20,000 bases of DNA from an uncultured virus (IMG/VR IMGVR_UViG_3300030099_006786) (taxonomy: Duplodnaviria > Heunggongvirae > Uroviricota > Caudoviricetes). The notes under the pieces are model-generated. The model searched no databases, had not been told where the DNA came from, and worked only from the letters and a program-made list of their open reading frames with translations. Location of the stretch: the IMG/VR virus record IMGVR_UViG_3300030099_006786; one strand, 5' to 3'. Each line of letters starts with the position of its first letter. Position 1 is the stretch's first letter. The position numbers were made by a program, and so were the translations under genes. Below, one piece after another: positions 7,274 to 18,500 of the stretch.

Positions 7274-10200
7274 TAGTAACCTGAGCCTCCTGTTCCGCCA
7301 CCGCCCGTGCTACCACCAGTACTACCTCCGCCGCCGACGTCATTATTTTGATTACGACGGATTCGACGTAATCTTGTGTTTCCAATTGGATCACGCGATT
7401 GTGTGATGTTTTCTTTTTCAACTAAGGGTTTTCCATTCATGTTTGCATAATCAAATTTACCAAATTGAGGGCGAGCACCATCAGCTGGTTCATTAATTTT
7501 ATTTTTTAATCTTTCTACTCTTCTAATTCTAGTTTGAGTTATAAGATTATTAGACATGTTTATATCTGATGTTCTGACATATTCTTTAGGAACAAGTTGT
7601 TGTTTGGTTGCATTACTAAGCATCGATGCTTTCATTTGTTTTTCTAAATTAGAGCTGGCGCCGAATTTTGCTTGATTGTTCATTTTCATCATATACGCAT
7701 GTCTTTTGTCAAAATTTCTACTTATAGTAAATAATTTTTTGCTTCCTTCGATTGTTTCAGTTGCTTGAGTTGGGCCTTTTTTTGTAAAAAATGATCCGTC
7801 TTCTCTTCTATGAAAAGCTCCAACATATTCTGTTCCATCTTGCAAAAACAATTCACCGCCAGAAGTAAATCCGGGTTTGATTTTTTTGTTTTCTTTTCTA
7901 ATTGCTGGCTTTGAACCAATCATAAAATTACTATTACAAATTTCTAAATCAAGTATTGTTGCCATTGATATACCAAGGCCGGGAATTACGTATGGTTGTA
8001 TTTTACACAATAAATTTCCATTTGTATTTTCAAACGCGGCAAAGTCCAAAGTTTTATATATAGGAGCATTTAGAAATAATCTGCCTGTATCCTTATCCCT
8101 CTCAAATCCAACTAAAGTTTTAACTTCGACTAAATCTAAATGTTTCATCATGTAGTAAGGTCTTGTTTGAGAAGATGCCAAAACATCTACATCTAAATCT
8201 TGCTCGTCAGTTCCACCTATTGATTTATTTTTTAATGCTAAGGCTTTTATGTGATTTGGAAGTTTTTGTATTTTACGGGCTGACATATTTAAATTGTCAA
8301 AAATATTATCGGGATTATTGAAATCATACGAAGCAAGAGATAAAGATTTTTGTGTTATAGTTTCAGAATCAGAACTATTTTTATTGAAAACATTAGAAAC
8401 TCCGCCTCTCATTATTGCTTTTTTATTTGGTCTTATAAGACCGCTACCAGCAATTTGACCAACTACTGCATTAGTTATTTGAGCCTGATTGGATTTTGCA
8501 ATTTCCTTGATCCTTTGTTCATTTTTAACTCTAGAAATTGCTTTTAAAAATTTCACTTTTCGAAAGTTTTTATTAAGTTTCATATATTCGTCTGAATTAA
8601 CTAAACCATCCTCTTTATTTTTTTCAGCAAATCTAGGAATTATATCAAGTTCAATGTCTTCATTTGGATCATCTACCAGTGTAACGCCAAATTTAGACAA
8701 CATGTTTTGTGAATTCATTGCCTCATTTTTCATTAAACTAGCTTGAAAACTAATTCCTTTTTGCATTGTTGGAGCAACAACTTGTCTAATATTTTTATCT
8801 TCACTTAAATTAATATTTGAAATTTCATTAAATAATGTTGAATAAATTTGCTTATCTGTCTTCTTAGCTGTTGAAGCTTTGGACATATTTACTTTAATAT
8901 TGGGCGTTTTATAAAGTGTGGGACTTAAAAAACTTAATTTAGTTTGATTCAAATCAGTAACAGCAGCACTAAGTTCTTCCCTTTCAAATTGAGACGCATC
9001 AACTGCTTCTGAGTCAGGAAGTAAATCTTCTATTTGTTTATTTACTCTTGTTAAATATGCGTCATATGAAATTATCGGTGGCGCTGAAGGTGAAGGAAAA
9101 TCTAAAAATCCTTTGTAGTTGTGTGTTTTATCCTTAAAAACACGGTCTCTGAACCTGTGTCTTATTTCAATTCTTTGATTGGATTTTCTAGATTTATTGA
9201 CACCCGGGCCGGAATTTCTTGTAGAATTTTCTTCTATAGGGCCCAATGCTTCTTTAATTTGATTTATAAGCTCTTCGACTTCTTTAATGCTATCTCTTAT
9301 TTTTTTAGGTGTCGATAAAGATGGTTCAAGTTTTTTATATAACCTATTTGATTCTTTATTAGCGTCCAACATCGAAAGATCATTAAATTGGTACAAAACA
9401 GACGCATATATAGCAGGAACTACAATCCACGGAGCATCAATCAAAGTATTACCTTGAGTTAACGGTGAATTGACATTAGCAGCGTTTATGACATTATTCG
9501 GGGAAGGTTGTTTATAAACATCATAAATTGTGTTTAAAAATAAATCAGTAAAAGAATTTGATGCACTATCAAAATTGCATCTTTGTTCTGCTTGATTTAA
9601 ATATTTCGCTAACATCAAATTTGCTGACATAAGCCTTCTCAATTTTTTTGCTAGATATTTTTTCGAATTGTCTTCAATTATTAAACGTAATTCATATTCA
9701 AAAAGACCGGGAGTGTTCGAGATTTTTGGATCAGAACTAATCATGTCTTTTATAGTAAAAAACCTTATCTTTTTGTCGGCTTGTGTTCCCGGCATAATTA
9801 CATTAACTTCTTGTGCTACAGCTGGATTTTTATACAAGACTCTGTTTTTATATGATTTAGGTGTATCATTGACAAAAGACATTCTTTCTTTTGGAATATT
9901 TTCGCGCATATTAACAATCAACATATCTGGCTGCTTTGGTTCTGTCAAATCACGTCTAAATATCTGCATGCTCAAAATTTTAAAATTATTAGAAAAATCT
10001 GTGATTAATTCATTGTCTTTACCTTTGAAAAATCTCCAATATGAAGACTTATCTTTACAAATTTCGTCGTAATCTAATCCAAAAGTTAAATTGACATTTG
10101 AAAATTGATCCAAATCACTCATCAAAGGCGTAAAAGAAATATATGATGGATCATTCATATATTTTAAATCAAGAGATTTTCTGCCTTTTTGTTTTATTCT

Positions 10201-11460
10201 AAGCTTTTGTAACATTATTTTATGTGGATTTCTTTCCACAACTTTTGTTTTTCTAGATTGTAAAAAATTAGATTTACGATTATCTACCAATTTTGAATTT
10301 GGCATACTAATTGGGTTCAATTTTTTCTCTTCTTTTTCTAAAGATTTCAAAAACTTAATACTTCTATCTAATTCATCATTATATTGCAAAGCTATAGGAT
10401 CAGTCTCTTGTTGACTCCATCTAGCTGAAACTTTGGTTAATTTGTTTAACAGGTTCTCTTCTACAGGGTTAGGGCGATCCAAAACTTTTCTTAAATCATT
10501 GTAGTATTTACCGCCGGGTGTTTCAGGTCTTCTTTCTTGCCAATTATCTAAAAGTCTAACACCCTCTCTAGAGATAACTGTATTGTTGATGCGTCTAGCC
10601 GTGGTATAGTTTCCATCGCTATTACGATATACGTTTTCAGTTACTGCTTTGTTGTCTTTATCAAGAAATGCCATACCAGTATTTTTGACACCATTAGAAT
10701 CAATGATAACTTCTTTTGAAATATTTCCAAAATATTGTTGTTTAATAAAATTTGTTTTTAAATCAATACCAAGTTTTTGTTCGAAATCTTTTTTATCAAA
10801 ATAACAGTAAGTCATCATGCCCAAGAAAGCTGGTGTAACTTTAGGGCTAACAAAAAATGAATCAAATACATAATCAATTAACTTAGTGGCTGCTGGCTCA
10901 CCAGTTAATTCTGTTCCAGCAGCAGTAATAATTTTATAATTTTCTTTATTTATAAAAGATTTACAGTCTATAATTTTTTCTTGAATAACTCCAGCCTCTT
11001 TCAATTCTGGCGTGATGACATTTTTGTTATTTAATAAATTAGTATTTTTAGATATATTATTAAACAGCTGTTCATCAGAACACATTATAACTTTAATTTT
11101 TAAAGCTGCAACAAAATCATCAACTGAGGACCAAGTGCCATGGTCTCTTACCATTTTATCTTTTAGTGATAACGAAAAATTAATTTTTAATTTTCTCAAG
11201 TGCAATAAATGATTTATTCTTTCACCTTTCGTTCCGTTGTCATTGAATTCATTAAATGATGCCTTAAGTTTTGGTAAGTTTTTCTTAACTTTGAGGCGAC
11301 CATATCGATCTTTTTCAGTCAAGATGCCTCTTTCTCTTTCATGATCGATGTGTGGATTATTTTCTAAAAATGGAACAGGAGATAAATCTAAATCAATTTC
11401 TTTAAATTCAATTGATGGTAAAACACCTTTGTTTAATAAAGTGATATCTAAACTTTGCAT
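7273..11460 (-). CDS. Large hypothetical protein, 1395 aa, probably virion-associated
   Basis: Uninterrupted 4.2-kb Lys/Asn-rich ORF within the structural cluster, ending in a Gly/Ser/Thr tail and GY. No catalytic motif recognised. Confidence 0.6.
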   Translation of the reverse strand: MQSLDITLLNKGVLPSIEFKEIDLDLSPVPFLENNPHIDHERERGILTEKDRYGRLKVKKNLPKLKASFNEFNDNGTKGERINHLLHLRKLKINFSLSLKDKMVRDHGTWSSVDDFVAALKIKVIMCSDEQLFNNISKNTNLLNNKNVITPELKEAGVIQEKIIDCKSFINKENYKIITAAGTELTGEPAATKLIDYVFDSFFVSPKVTPAFLGMMTYCYFDKKDFEQKLGIDLKTNFIKQQYFGNISKEVIIDSNGVKNTGMAFLDKDNKAVTENVYRNSDGNYTTARRINNTVISREGVRLLDNWQERRPETPGGKYYNDLRKVLDRPNPVEENLLNKLTKVSARWSQQETDPIALQYNDELDRSIKFLKSLEKEEKKLNPISMPNSKLVDNRKSNFLQSRKTKVVERNPHKIMLQKLRIKQKGRKSLDLKYMNDPSYISFTPLMSDLDQFSNVNLTFGLDYDEICKDKSSYWRFFKGKDNELITDFSNNFKILSMQIFRRDLTEPKQPDMLIVNMRENIPKERMSFVNDTPKSYKNRVLYKNPAVAQEVNVIMPGTQADKKIRFFTIKDMISSDPKISNTPGLFEYELRLIIEDNSKKYLAKKLRRLMSANLMLAKYLNQAEQRCNFDSASNSFTDLFLNTIYDVYKQPSPNNVINAANVNSPLTQGNTLIDAPWIVVPAIYASVLYQFNDLSMLDANKESNRLYKKLEPSLSTPKKIRDSIKEVEELINQIKEALGPIEENSTRNSGPGVNKSRKSNQRIEIRHRFRDRVFKDKTHNYKGFLDFPSPSAPPIISYDAYLTRVNKQIEDLLPDSEAVDASQFEREELSAAVTDLNQTKLSFLSPTLYKTPNIKVNMSKASTAKKTDKQIYSTLFNEISNINLSEDKNIRQVVAPTMQKGISFQASLMKNEAMNSQNMLSKFGVTLVDDPNEDIELDIIPRFAEKNKEDGLVNSDEYMKLNKNFRKVKFLKAISRVKNEQRIKEIAKSNQAQITNAVVGQIAGSGLIRPNKKAIMRGGVSNVFNKNSSDSETITQKSLSLASYDFNNPDNIFDNLNMSARKIQKLPNHIKALALKNKSIGGTDEQDLDVDVLASSQTRPYYMMKHLDLVEVKTLVGFERDKDTGRLFLNAPIYKTLDFAAFENTNGNLLCKIQPYVIPGLGISMATILDLEICNSNFMIGSKPAIRKENKKIKPGFTSGGELFLQDGTEYVGAFHRREDGSFFTKKGPTQATETIEGSKKLFTISRNFDKRHAYMMKMNNQAKFGASSNLEKQMKASMLSNATKQQLVPKEYVRTSDINMSNNLITQTRIRRVERLKNKINEPADGARPQFGKFDYANMNGKPLVEKENITQSRDPIGNTRLRRIRRNQNNDVGGGGSTGGSTGGGGTGGSGY
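7276..7335 (-). repeat. Low-complexity Gly-rich coding repeat (GGGGSTGGSTGGGGTGGSGY)
   Basis: Seen in the translation. Gly codons are synonymously varied, so the repeat is at protein level rather than a DNA tandem repeat. Confidence 0.8.
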
Positions 11461-12572
11461 GATTCGCAGTCTTCCTCGGTTATATCAGAACCATAAATAC
11501 TACTAATATTAGTAGCAGTTAGTTCTTTAGCGTCTGGACACTTTAGCTTAATATCATAATTAGGCATTCTTTGTTTTATTTTATCGATAGAACGACACAA
11601 ATCAATTTCTTCGTCTACTAAAACATTAAAGTAATACTCAGCAAATTCTGGATCTTCAGATGGTTGCATCCTGAAAGTGGCTCTTTTTCTTAAAACTTCC
11701 TCATTATCTAGCAATAAATTATTTTCTATATTAGAAAATTTTTCGCCAAACTTGAGAGGCTCTAATACTTCTCTTTTATATTTCTTTTTACCAGAAAGGT
11801 TAGGCGATATTGCAGAGCCTGATAAATCTTCTTCTTTCACTATAAACAATTCTATTTCGAAATTTTCATTTGTATAATCAGAATTAAATTCAGTTATATC
11901 AATTAATATTTCTTGACCTCTTACAACGATACTGTTTTCTGTATTTATAATAATGTTTTCATAAATTCTTTCGTTATTTTTTAGTTGAAATTCAGTAGCA
12001 TCTGGTGTTGTGCCGCCAACACGATTTGATGCAATTGCAGCTTCGCCGCCGACAATTGAATTTGTTGAATTATTGATTTTATTTACTTTAGATTTGAATG
12101 TTATAGATGATGACAATTGCGGAATTGGTAATGTTGCGTGAGATCCAGTATATTCTGTTGAATATTGATGTAAATCACCTTCTAGAAAATAAAGCTCAAG
12201 ATAGGGCTTCTTGTCAACTTGCATTGATGAATTACCCAATGGAGCAGTAAGTGTATAGTATTTTTCTACGTTTGGCTGAACCGGTATAAATGTGGTAGAG
12301 CCAAGAGTTCGCATTTGTCGTTTAATTTTTTTAATGTTAGATTCAATACCGTAATATACATATTGTGTTTTATTGTATGCGGTGTTATCTATGATTCTAT
12401 CTTTAATTACTGTATGAGATTCGGAAAAACTACCATAGGTCGAATCATACATTACGTTATCGTCGTAAAATGCATAATAAGTTGGTTTGAATTTACCTCG
12501 CGATAGTAAATATTTTCCATACTGAGTAAGCTGTAGATCAAGAACATCTTCTTTTGAATTGAAAAACGACAA
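11448..12572 (-). CDS. Putative virion structural protein, 374 aa; N-terminus related to 3783..4727
   Basis: TTG start supported by AGGAGG 7 nt upstream. N-terminus MSFFNSKEDVLDLQLTQYGKYLLSRGKFKPTYYAFYDDNVMY. Four Cys near the C-terminus. Confidence 0.65.
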   Translation of the reverse strand: MSFFNSKEDVLDLQLTQYGKYLLSRGKFKPTYYAFYDDNVMYDSTYGSFSESHTVIKDRIIDNTAYNKTQYVYYGIESNIKKIKRQMRTLGSTTFIPVQPNVEKYYTLTAPLGNSSMQVDKKPYLELYFLEGDLHQYSTEYTGSHATLPIPQLSSSITFKSKVNKINNSTNSIVGGEAAIASNRVGGTTPDATEFQLKNNERIYENIIINTENSIVVRGQEILIDITEFNSDYTNENFEIELFIVKEEDLSGSAISPNLSGKKKYKREVLEPLKFGEKFSNIENNLLLDNEEVLRKRATFRMQPSEDPEFAEYYFNVLVDEEIDLCRSIDKIKQRMPNYDIKLKCPDAKELTATNISSIYGSDITEEDCESCKV

Positions 12573-12579
12573 TTTTATA

Positions 12580-12595
12580 CCTCCTACTAACTACT
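12580..12595 (-). promoter_or_regulatory. Shine-Dalgarno AGGAGG preceded by an AGTAGTTA motif
   Basis: The coding strand reads AGTAGTTAGTAGGAGGTATAAAATTG in the 26-bp gap upstream of the 374-aa gene. Confidence 0.6.
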
Positions 12596-12598
12596 CAT

Positions 12599-15500
12599 TT
12601 AAAACTTTATTACTTTCGAAAATATCAATCCTTTTGTCACTTTTGAAGAAGCATTAGATTTTTTATTAATCGAAACTTGTTTTTGCGGCGTTCCCCGTAC
12701 TCCACTAGTGCGTGGAGTCCTTGTAGCAGTGCTAGCCTTAACTGCAGCTGCTGGAGTACTCGTCACAGCTGACTGTGGAGTTGGCGCTGATTGTGGGCCT
12801 TGAGGGGTAAACGGCCCGAGTGGGCTAAATCCAGATATTTGATTTTGCACTATATCGTCTGGCTTTCTAAAAGTAATTGATGCTTTTATTTTAGCCATTT
12901 CTACTAATGAGAAGTAATCATATGGCCAATTGAACGATAAATCAGCATCCGTCTTTCGTTCCGTTAAACTTCTACCAAATTTAAAAGTTGGCGTAATGGT
13001 AGAACTTTTAATTTTTAATGATTGGTTCTGTAACTGCACTCTTCTAATTTTAAATTTAGAAAATTTAGGCATTATTTGCATTGGAGTCGTTAATTTAAAA
13101 CTAAGCTTAGGTATGTTTTTGCCTGCTATTTTGTCCTCATAGCTAACCATGCTCTTTTGTTTAACTTTAAACACCATCCATCTTACTTCATCCATAAATG
13201 CCTCATCAGACTTACCTAAAGCAAATCCCATCAATTCATTTTGATTTAAATCGTGTCGTATTTTACTTTCTGCAATTTCAAAACTTCTTGCTGTTTTTGG
13301 TGAAACATTTTGCCACATATTAGCCAAATCTTGTTTATCGAATTCATGCTTAAATTCAAATATATACATTGAGAATGGTGTTATTTCTGGATAAGTTATA
13401 AAATCCATCGATGGTGGTAAAACATATCTTTCCATTTTTTCAACCATATCTTTTACTGAATCACCGGCATCTGGAACACCACCGGGTGGACGACGATCTG
13501 ATCTTGCCATGTCAACAAAAAACTTATCAATTTCGAAAAAGAATTTTTCTCGACCTTTTTCTATAAATGGAATTGCTACAATCGCTTCAGAAACAGTCTT
13601 TTTCTCAGCTAATTCTCCGAGTCTAACTTTTGGACCTTGGCCCGGGCCAGCTAGTGTAAGGTTATTCGATTGCGCAGAACTCTTAAAGCCAAGTAAATCT
13701 TTTAACGATTGAACTTCATCTGAGCTAGCAATGTCATTATAAGCTGAACAAGTGTAAGGTGTGTTGTAGCCGTAAAAAGCCTGTACCTCCACAGACCTTG
13801 CTATGCTTGGATCAGTCGAGGCTATAACACCGGGTCGGGATTTCAATTCAAATTGATTACTGCCAGTTAAATTAGGAACCCCCAGACCTCTGTTCATGTT
13901 TTTTCGAAGTGACCAATGGCCATCAATCCAATTTTTGGGAATATCTATCATTTCAAGATAAACACCTTCATTATTAGCAGGTAATCTACCAAATTGATGC
14001 CACATTCCTGTTGACGCCACTAGTGATGCGCGATTGTTGACCGTTTGTTGAGGCCCGACTCCATTAGTTGTAAGGCCCTCGCCTTGTGGATATGGCTTTA
14101 CATCTTTAAAGTTCAATATTGGGGTTTCCCATTTTGGTTGAATAACCCAAACTTTATCAGTTTCATCACCAACATTTCGAATTATCGTGTTTCCATCATT
14201 ATCTGTTGTTGTTGAAGGGACAGTTCCAAGTAGATTAAAATTAATACAATTCTCAAGCTGCATTGAGGTTTCATTAATATGTTGACCAGCATAAGGAGCA
14301 CCACCATATGATCTTGCACCGTATGAATTTCGATCAAAACGATCAGAAGTTGGACAAGCGGATCCTGATTGAACTGCATAGTTGGGCCCAAACCCGCCGG
14401 TTATACTTCCGTGCCTACCAGAGTGTTTATTATAATAAATTTCGCCGGGAATTAATGTGAAGGATGCACTTGGAAGCAATCTTTTAGTCATTACAGATGT
14501 ATTGCTGGTTCCTCTGACAACTAACCAGCCCGGATCCCATCTCCAACTTTGAGTTTTTGATTCTCTAATAATTTCGGCAATTGTATATTTTCTTGATTCA
14601 GGGGCTCTAAAAACAATATCTAAAACCGCATGGCCATCGTAATAAGGTGGAGTAAATGCAGGATTAAAGCCATTGGATGAATCTCTAACAGCATGATTAC
14701 CTCGCGAGCCTGACGAAGAATCAAAATCAATCTCAGTACCGTAAGTTTTAATATGTTGGCTACCGGCTTGAGTAGCCCTGATTTCAACACGCCCAGCAAA
14801 ACAATTAGGTTCGCGGCCGGTGACTGGGGGGCCAAATGCGCCCGGGCGGTTATACATTGTTAAAGTCTCATATAGGCCTGTATCATAAATTGGATCTTGA
14901 AAAATTTCATAATCTGCGATTTGTTTCTTTTGTCCCTCTTCTCTAAAATAACACTGTGTAGCATCACCGGGCTCAACTTCTAAGTTAGTAGTTGTGTTAG
15001 CGCTGAATACATTACCTACAGCAAAATTTATAGAGCTTGTTCTGTGAAAAATGTGCTTTAAATCGTTTGTGTAATTTCGCGGCTTATTCATACTTCTGCG
15101 CATTCTAAGTCTAGTGGCAAAAACACTTCCAGATTTAATAAAAAGATTTAATTCACTTTCTTTTTTCGATGTTAAAGTAGCCAATTCACCCTGTTCGAGA
15201 TAAAAATCTGGTACAGCGCCACAGAAATTATCTGCCATTAATGTATAAATTTCATCGGATGGTTCTAATAATTTAGCGCCGACCACAACTCCAGTCAAAT
15301 AGGACGTATTAAATCTTGTTAATTTATCTGTTGGAGTTAAAGCTGTGTGATCATTGACGAATAAATCAGTTACATTTAAGTTTTCAAAAAATTCGTGAGG
15401 TTTTATAATTGCTTCAAATGGGATTCTTTTACTCCATTTAAGAGTGCCGGGTCTATTAGTGCCAACTATTTGAAGATATCTATCTTCTAAAGTATAATTA

Positions 15501-18500
15501 CCGGCACCATTATCATTGGCGTCAGGATTGCCAGTCCCAAGTCGGATATCTCCATATCTTGGTCGTACTGCGTCAGTAGGGCCATCAAACTGGTTTGTAT
15601 TACCACCGCCGCGGCGGTCATGTGAGGCACCAGAGCCAGTATAATAATTTACACTACCGCTGTGATCAGAATAAAATGGTGGCAGTGTTAATGATGCTGT
15701 AATTCTATTGGCCGTAAGTGACTTGTTTTGTGTTGCTTTCGCGCCAAATTCTGTTATTGTATTAACAGTGTAACAAAAATCTTCATCAGAGCCGACACCC
15801 GCGCCGGGCGGTGCTGCGTCTTCGACGTGAACAACAGGCGCTCTTACAACATCATATCGTGGTGCAGTCGTAGAATAACGTTTCTTGTCAAGAAAGCGTG
15901 CTCCGAAACCATTATCATAACTTTTACTATGAGAGGTTTCAGCATCTAAACTTTTAGGAGCAGTAGGACCACCCATAGCAAGTATTGGAAAATCAACTCC
16001 AATTCCTGATTTAATAGAATTGAAAAGAATGCCCGGTGCAAACAATGGTGTAATGATTGGACGTGCCAAGCCATTAAATGCAGGCTCACCGAATTCTCCC
16101 CTGACTACAGTACTGGCGCCGACGTCGGCATACTCGAAGATACCTTCAGTATTTGCTGCAGCGCCGAGTAAATCTCTAGAGCCGGTAATACTAGTTCCAT
16201 AAGAGCGCGCAAATTGCTTATACAGTTGTAATGTTCTTTCGGCCGGATAAAAACCTTTATATGGCATAAACTTTTTAATCGCAGTGCATCTAAGAGTAAG
16301 CGTTGTTGGCTCCATAAAATCTTTATGATCATCTCTAATAATATCAAAATGTTCCAAGAAATCAGAATTAGAATAAACTTGGAAAAAGGAGCCCGAAGAA
16401 GATCTACTGTCTAGTGGGGTACCATCAACTCCGGTTTCAGTCGAGTGCGCGCCGGGGATTTCAAACATGTCTGGAAGCGTTGCATCGATCACATTATCAA
16501 CTGTTGAAAATGTCTCTATGTGTTCGCTAATTCTGAATTCAGGTATAACAGACATATCTTTATTTTTAGTTCGTATATCTAAAGCAAAATCATCATAGCT
16601 ATCATAAAAAGGCTCTACAGATGCTGAAACAAACTCATTTTCTGTACTACCAGTATTAAACAAGTATATACCTGCAGTTTCATTAGTAATAAATGGTGCG
16701 TCACCGTAACCACTGTATTTGTATGCAGTTTGCGCGTTGTATGCCATAAGAACGTTATCGCCCTTACGATTTGGATATTTTGCTGGTAAGCCTATGGAAG
16801 CTGCAGAGCCACCATGTCGAGCTATGCCATCATCAGACGCTGTTTGATAGAAAACTACATTTGGTCTATTCCAAGCATAAACAGAATGAGAATGAAAACT
16901 TGATTGTTTTAAAGCGTATAAGCATGATGATGTAATAAATTCGGCTGCAAATCTGAAACTAGCGTTAATTTGTCGCTCAAGGTTCCATTCTGATCCAGTC
17001 ACAGCGCTTCCGCCGGTGAAGATGATTATCGCGTTGATTGTATTGTGTGTGTAATACTGGTCAGCGTTTGTAAGAGTGCCACCATGCCAGTGAGAATAAT
17101 TATTAAGCAGTTCGCCGGCCGGATTATCAATTAATTTTGATTTTCCACCCGGGTTCCAAGGTTCACTCGAAGCACCGGCGGCGCCGATGAACGCCGATCT
17201 GTTATTAACAAGACACATGTCGCCTGTAGAATTACTAAGGTACGAACCCATAGTGTCCATGGGCCACTTACTAGCCGGCACCTCTAATATTTTTACCGAT
17301 CCAGATCGTGAACCTAGTGGAGCAATTGAAGGTATAACCACAGTATTTCTGTTAAGTCCCTTATTGCGGGATGGAGCGAGGGCCCTGAGCGGCGTGAATT
17401 GGTTGATGTAAGAAGATGTTAAAATTCTGTTTGAGTAAGAACTGTTCCAATTATTCATATCAAAGTTCACTCTTTGCCTATTGAATCTAGAATACATATT
17501 AAATGCAGCAGGATAAATTGTTTCGTTGTAAGTTACAAATTCCATTCTTTCAATTGGGCTTAAATCTCCCTCAAGAGCGCCATCTAAATACAAATTCTTA
17601 AATTTATCATAGAAAGTTAAATTATCTCTATCATCTAATCCTAAAAACATATTTAATTTTTCATTATTAAAATAAGATTTTTGATTAGCAAAAGAAGCTC
17701 TATAATAAGCAGTGCCTTCGACTTCAACATCTTGATTAAATCTATTTTTAAAAGTTCTAGTGGTGCCAAAGCCATAAACTAGCGTGCCATATTTTGATGT
17801 GACAGGGCTTACACGATCGAACATTAAAACATTTGGACTTCTTCTTGCAAATATAGAAGCTGACGATTCTAACGAATCAGGTGAGCCAATGGCAGTGTAG
17901 AGATTATAAAATCTACTATTTTGTAAAGTTTTGTTATCTTGATTTCTAATAAATTTAAAATTAGCACCACCATAAGGGCCGTTTAATCTTGTTAAATATA
18001 AATTAAACCTGTCTACCATTGGGTTTAACATCACAGAAGCGCTTGGGCCAGTTCTAAATTTTTGTTCGTATGTATTGATTGCACCGCCTTCTTGACCAAG
18101 CACAAGTGGGGTTGGCAGGCCTCCGTAATCACCGAATCGAGCACTATAGCCAGCAAAGTATTCAAAAGAATCAAAGCTTGCAGAAAGACCAAATGGCTCG
18201 AACGCAAGTTGCGTTGTCGGTAATACCGGCTGGTTTGGCTTAAGTTGTCTTGCTGGACTAACAGTATTTAAAAATATTTGTGTTCCAAATACATCAGAGA
18301 TCAAATATGGAGGAAGACGTTTTTTAATATTTATCAACGAATAAGTATCTGGTCTTCTATTAGGTGGAACCGAAATGCCAAAAGGTAAAATATTTCTTAA
18401 TACTGCTGGTGCTTTGTTTCGTATGGCATAAATATTGGTATAATGTGAAACAATTCTGTTATTAGATTCAAAATATTCATTTACAAGCGAAGAACTTACA

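Noticed and set aside
561..11450. Stop-codon reassignment (TAG ends at 561 and 11448, TGA at 865)
   Set aside because: Coding density is already near complete in code 11. Reading through either TAG reaches another stop within 10 codons, and genes end neatly at the next start.
17039..17215. Intein-like ends (CL...THNT) in the giant protein
   Set aside because: Only about 58 aa lie between them, far too short for a mini-intein, and no block B (TxxH) or block F motif is evident.
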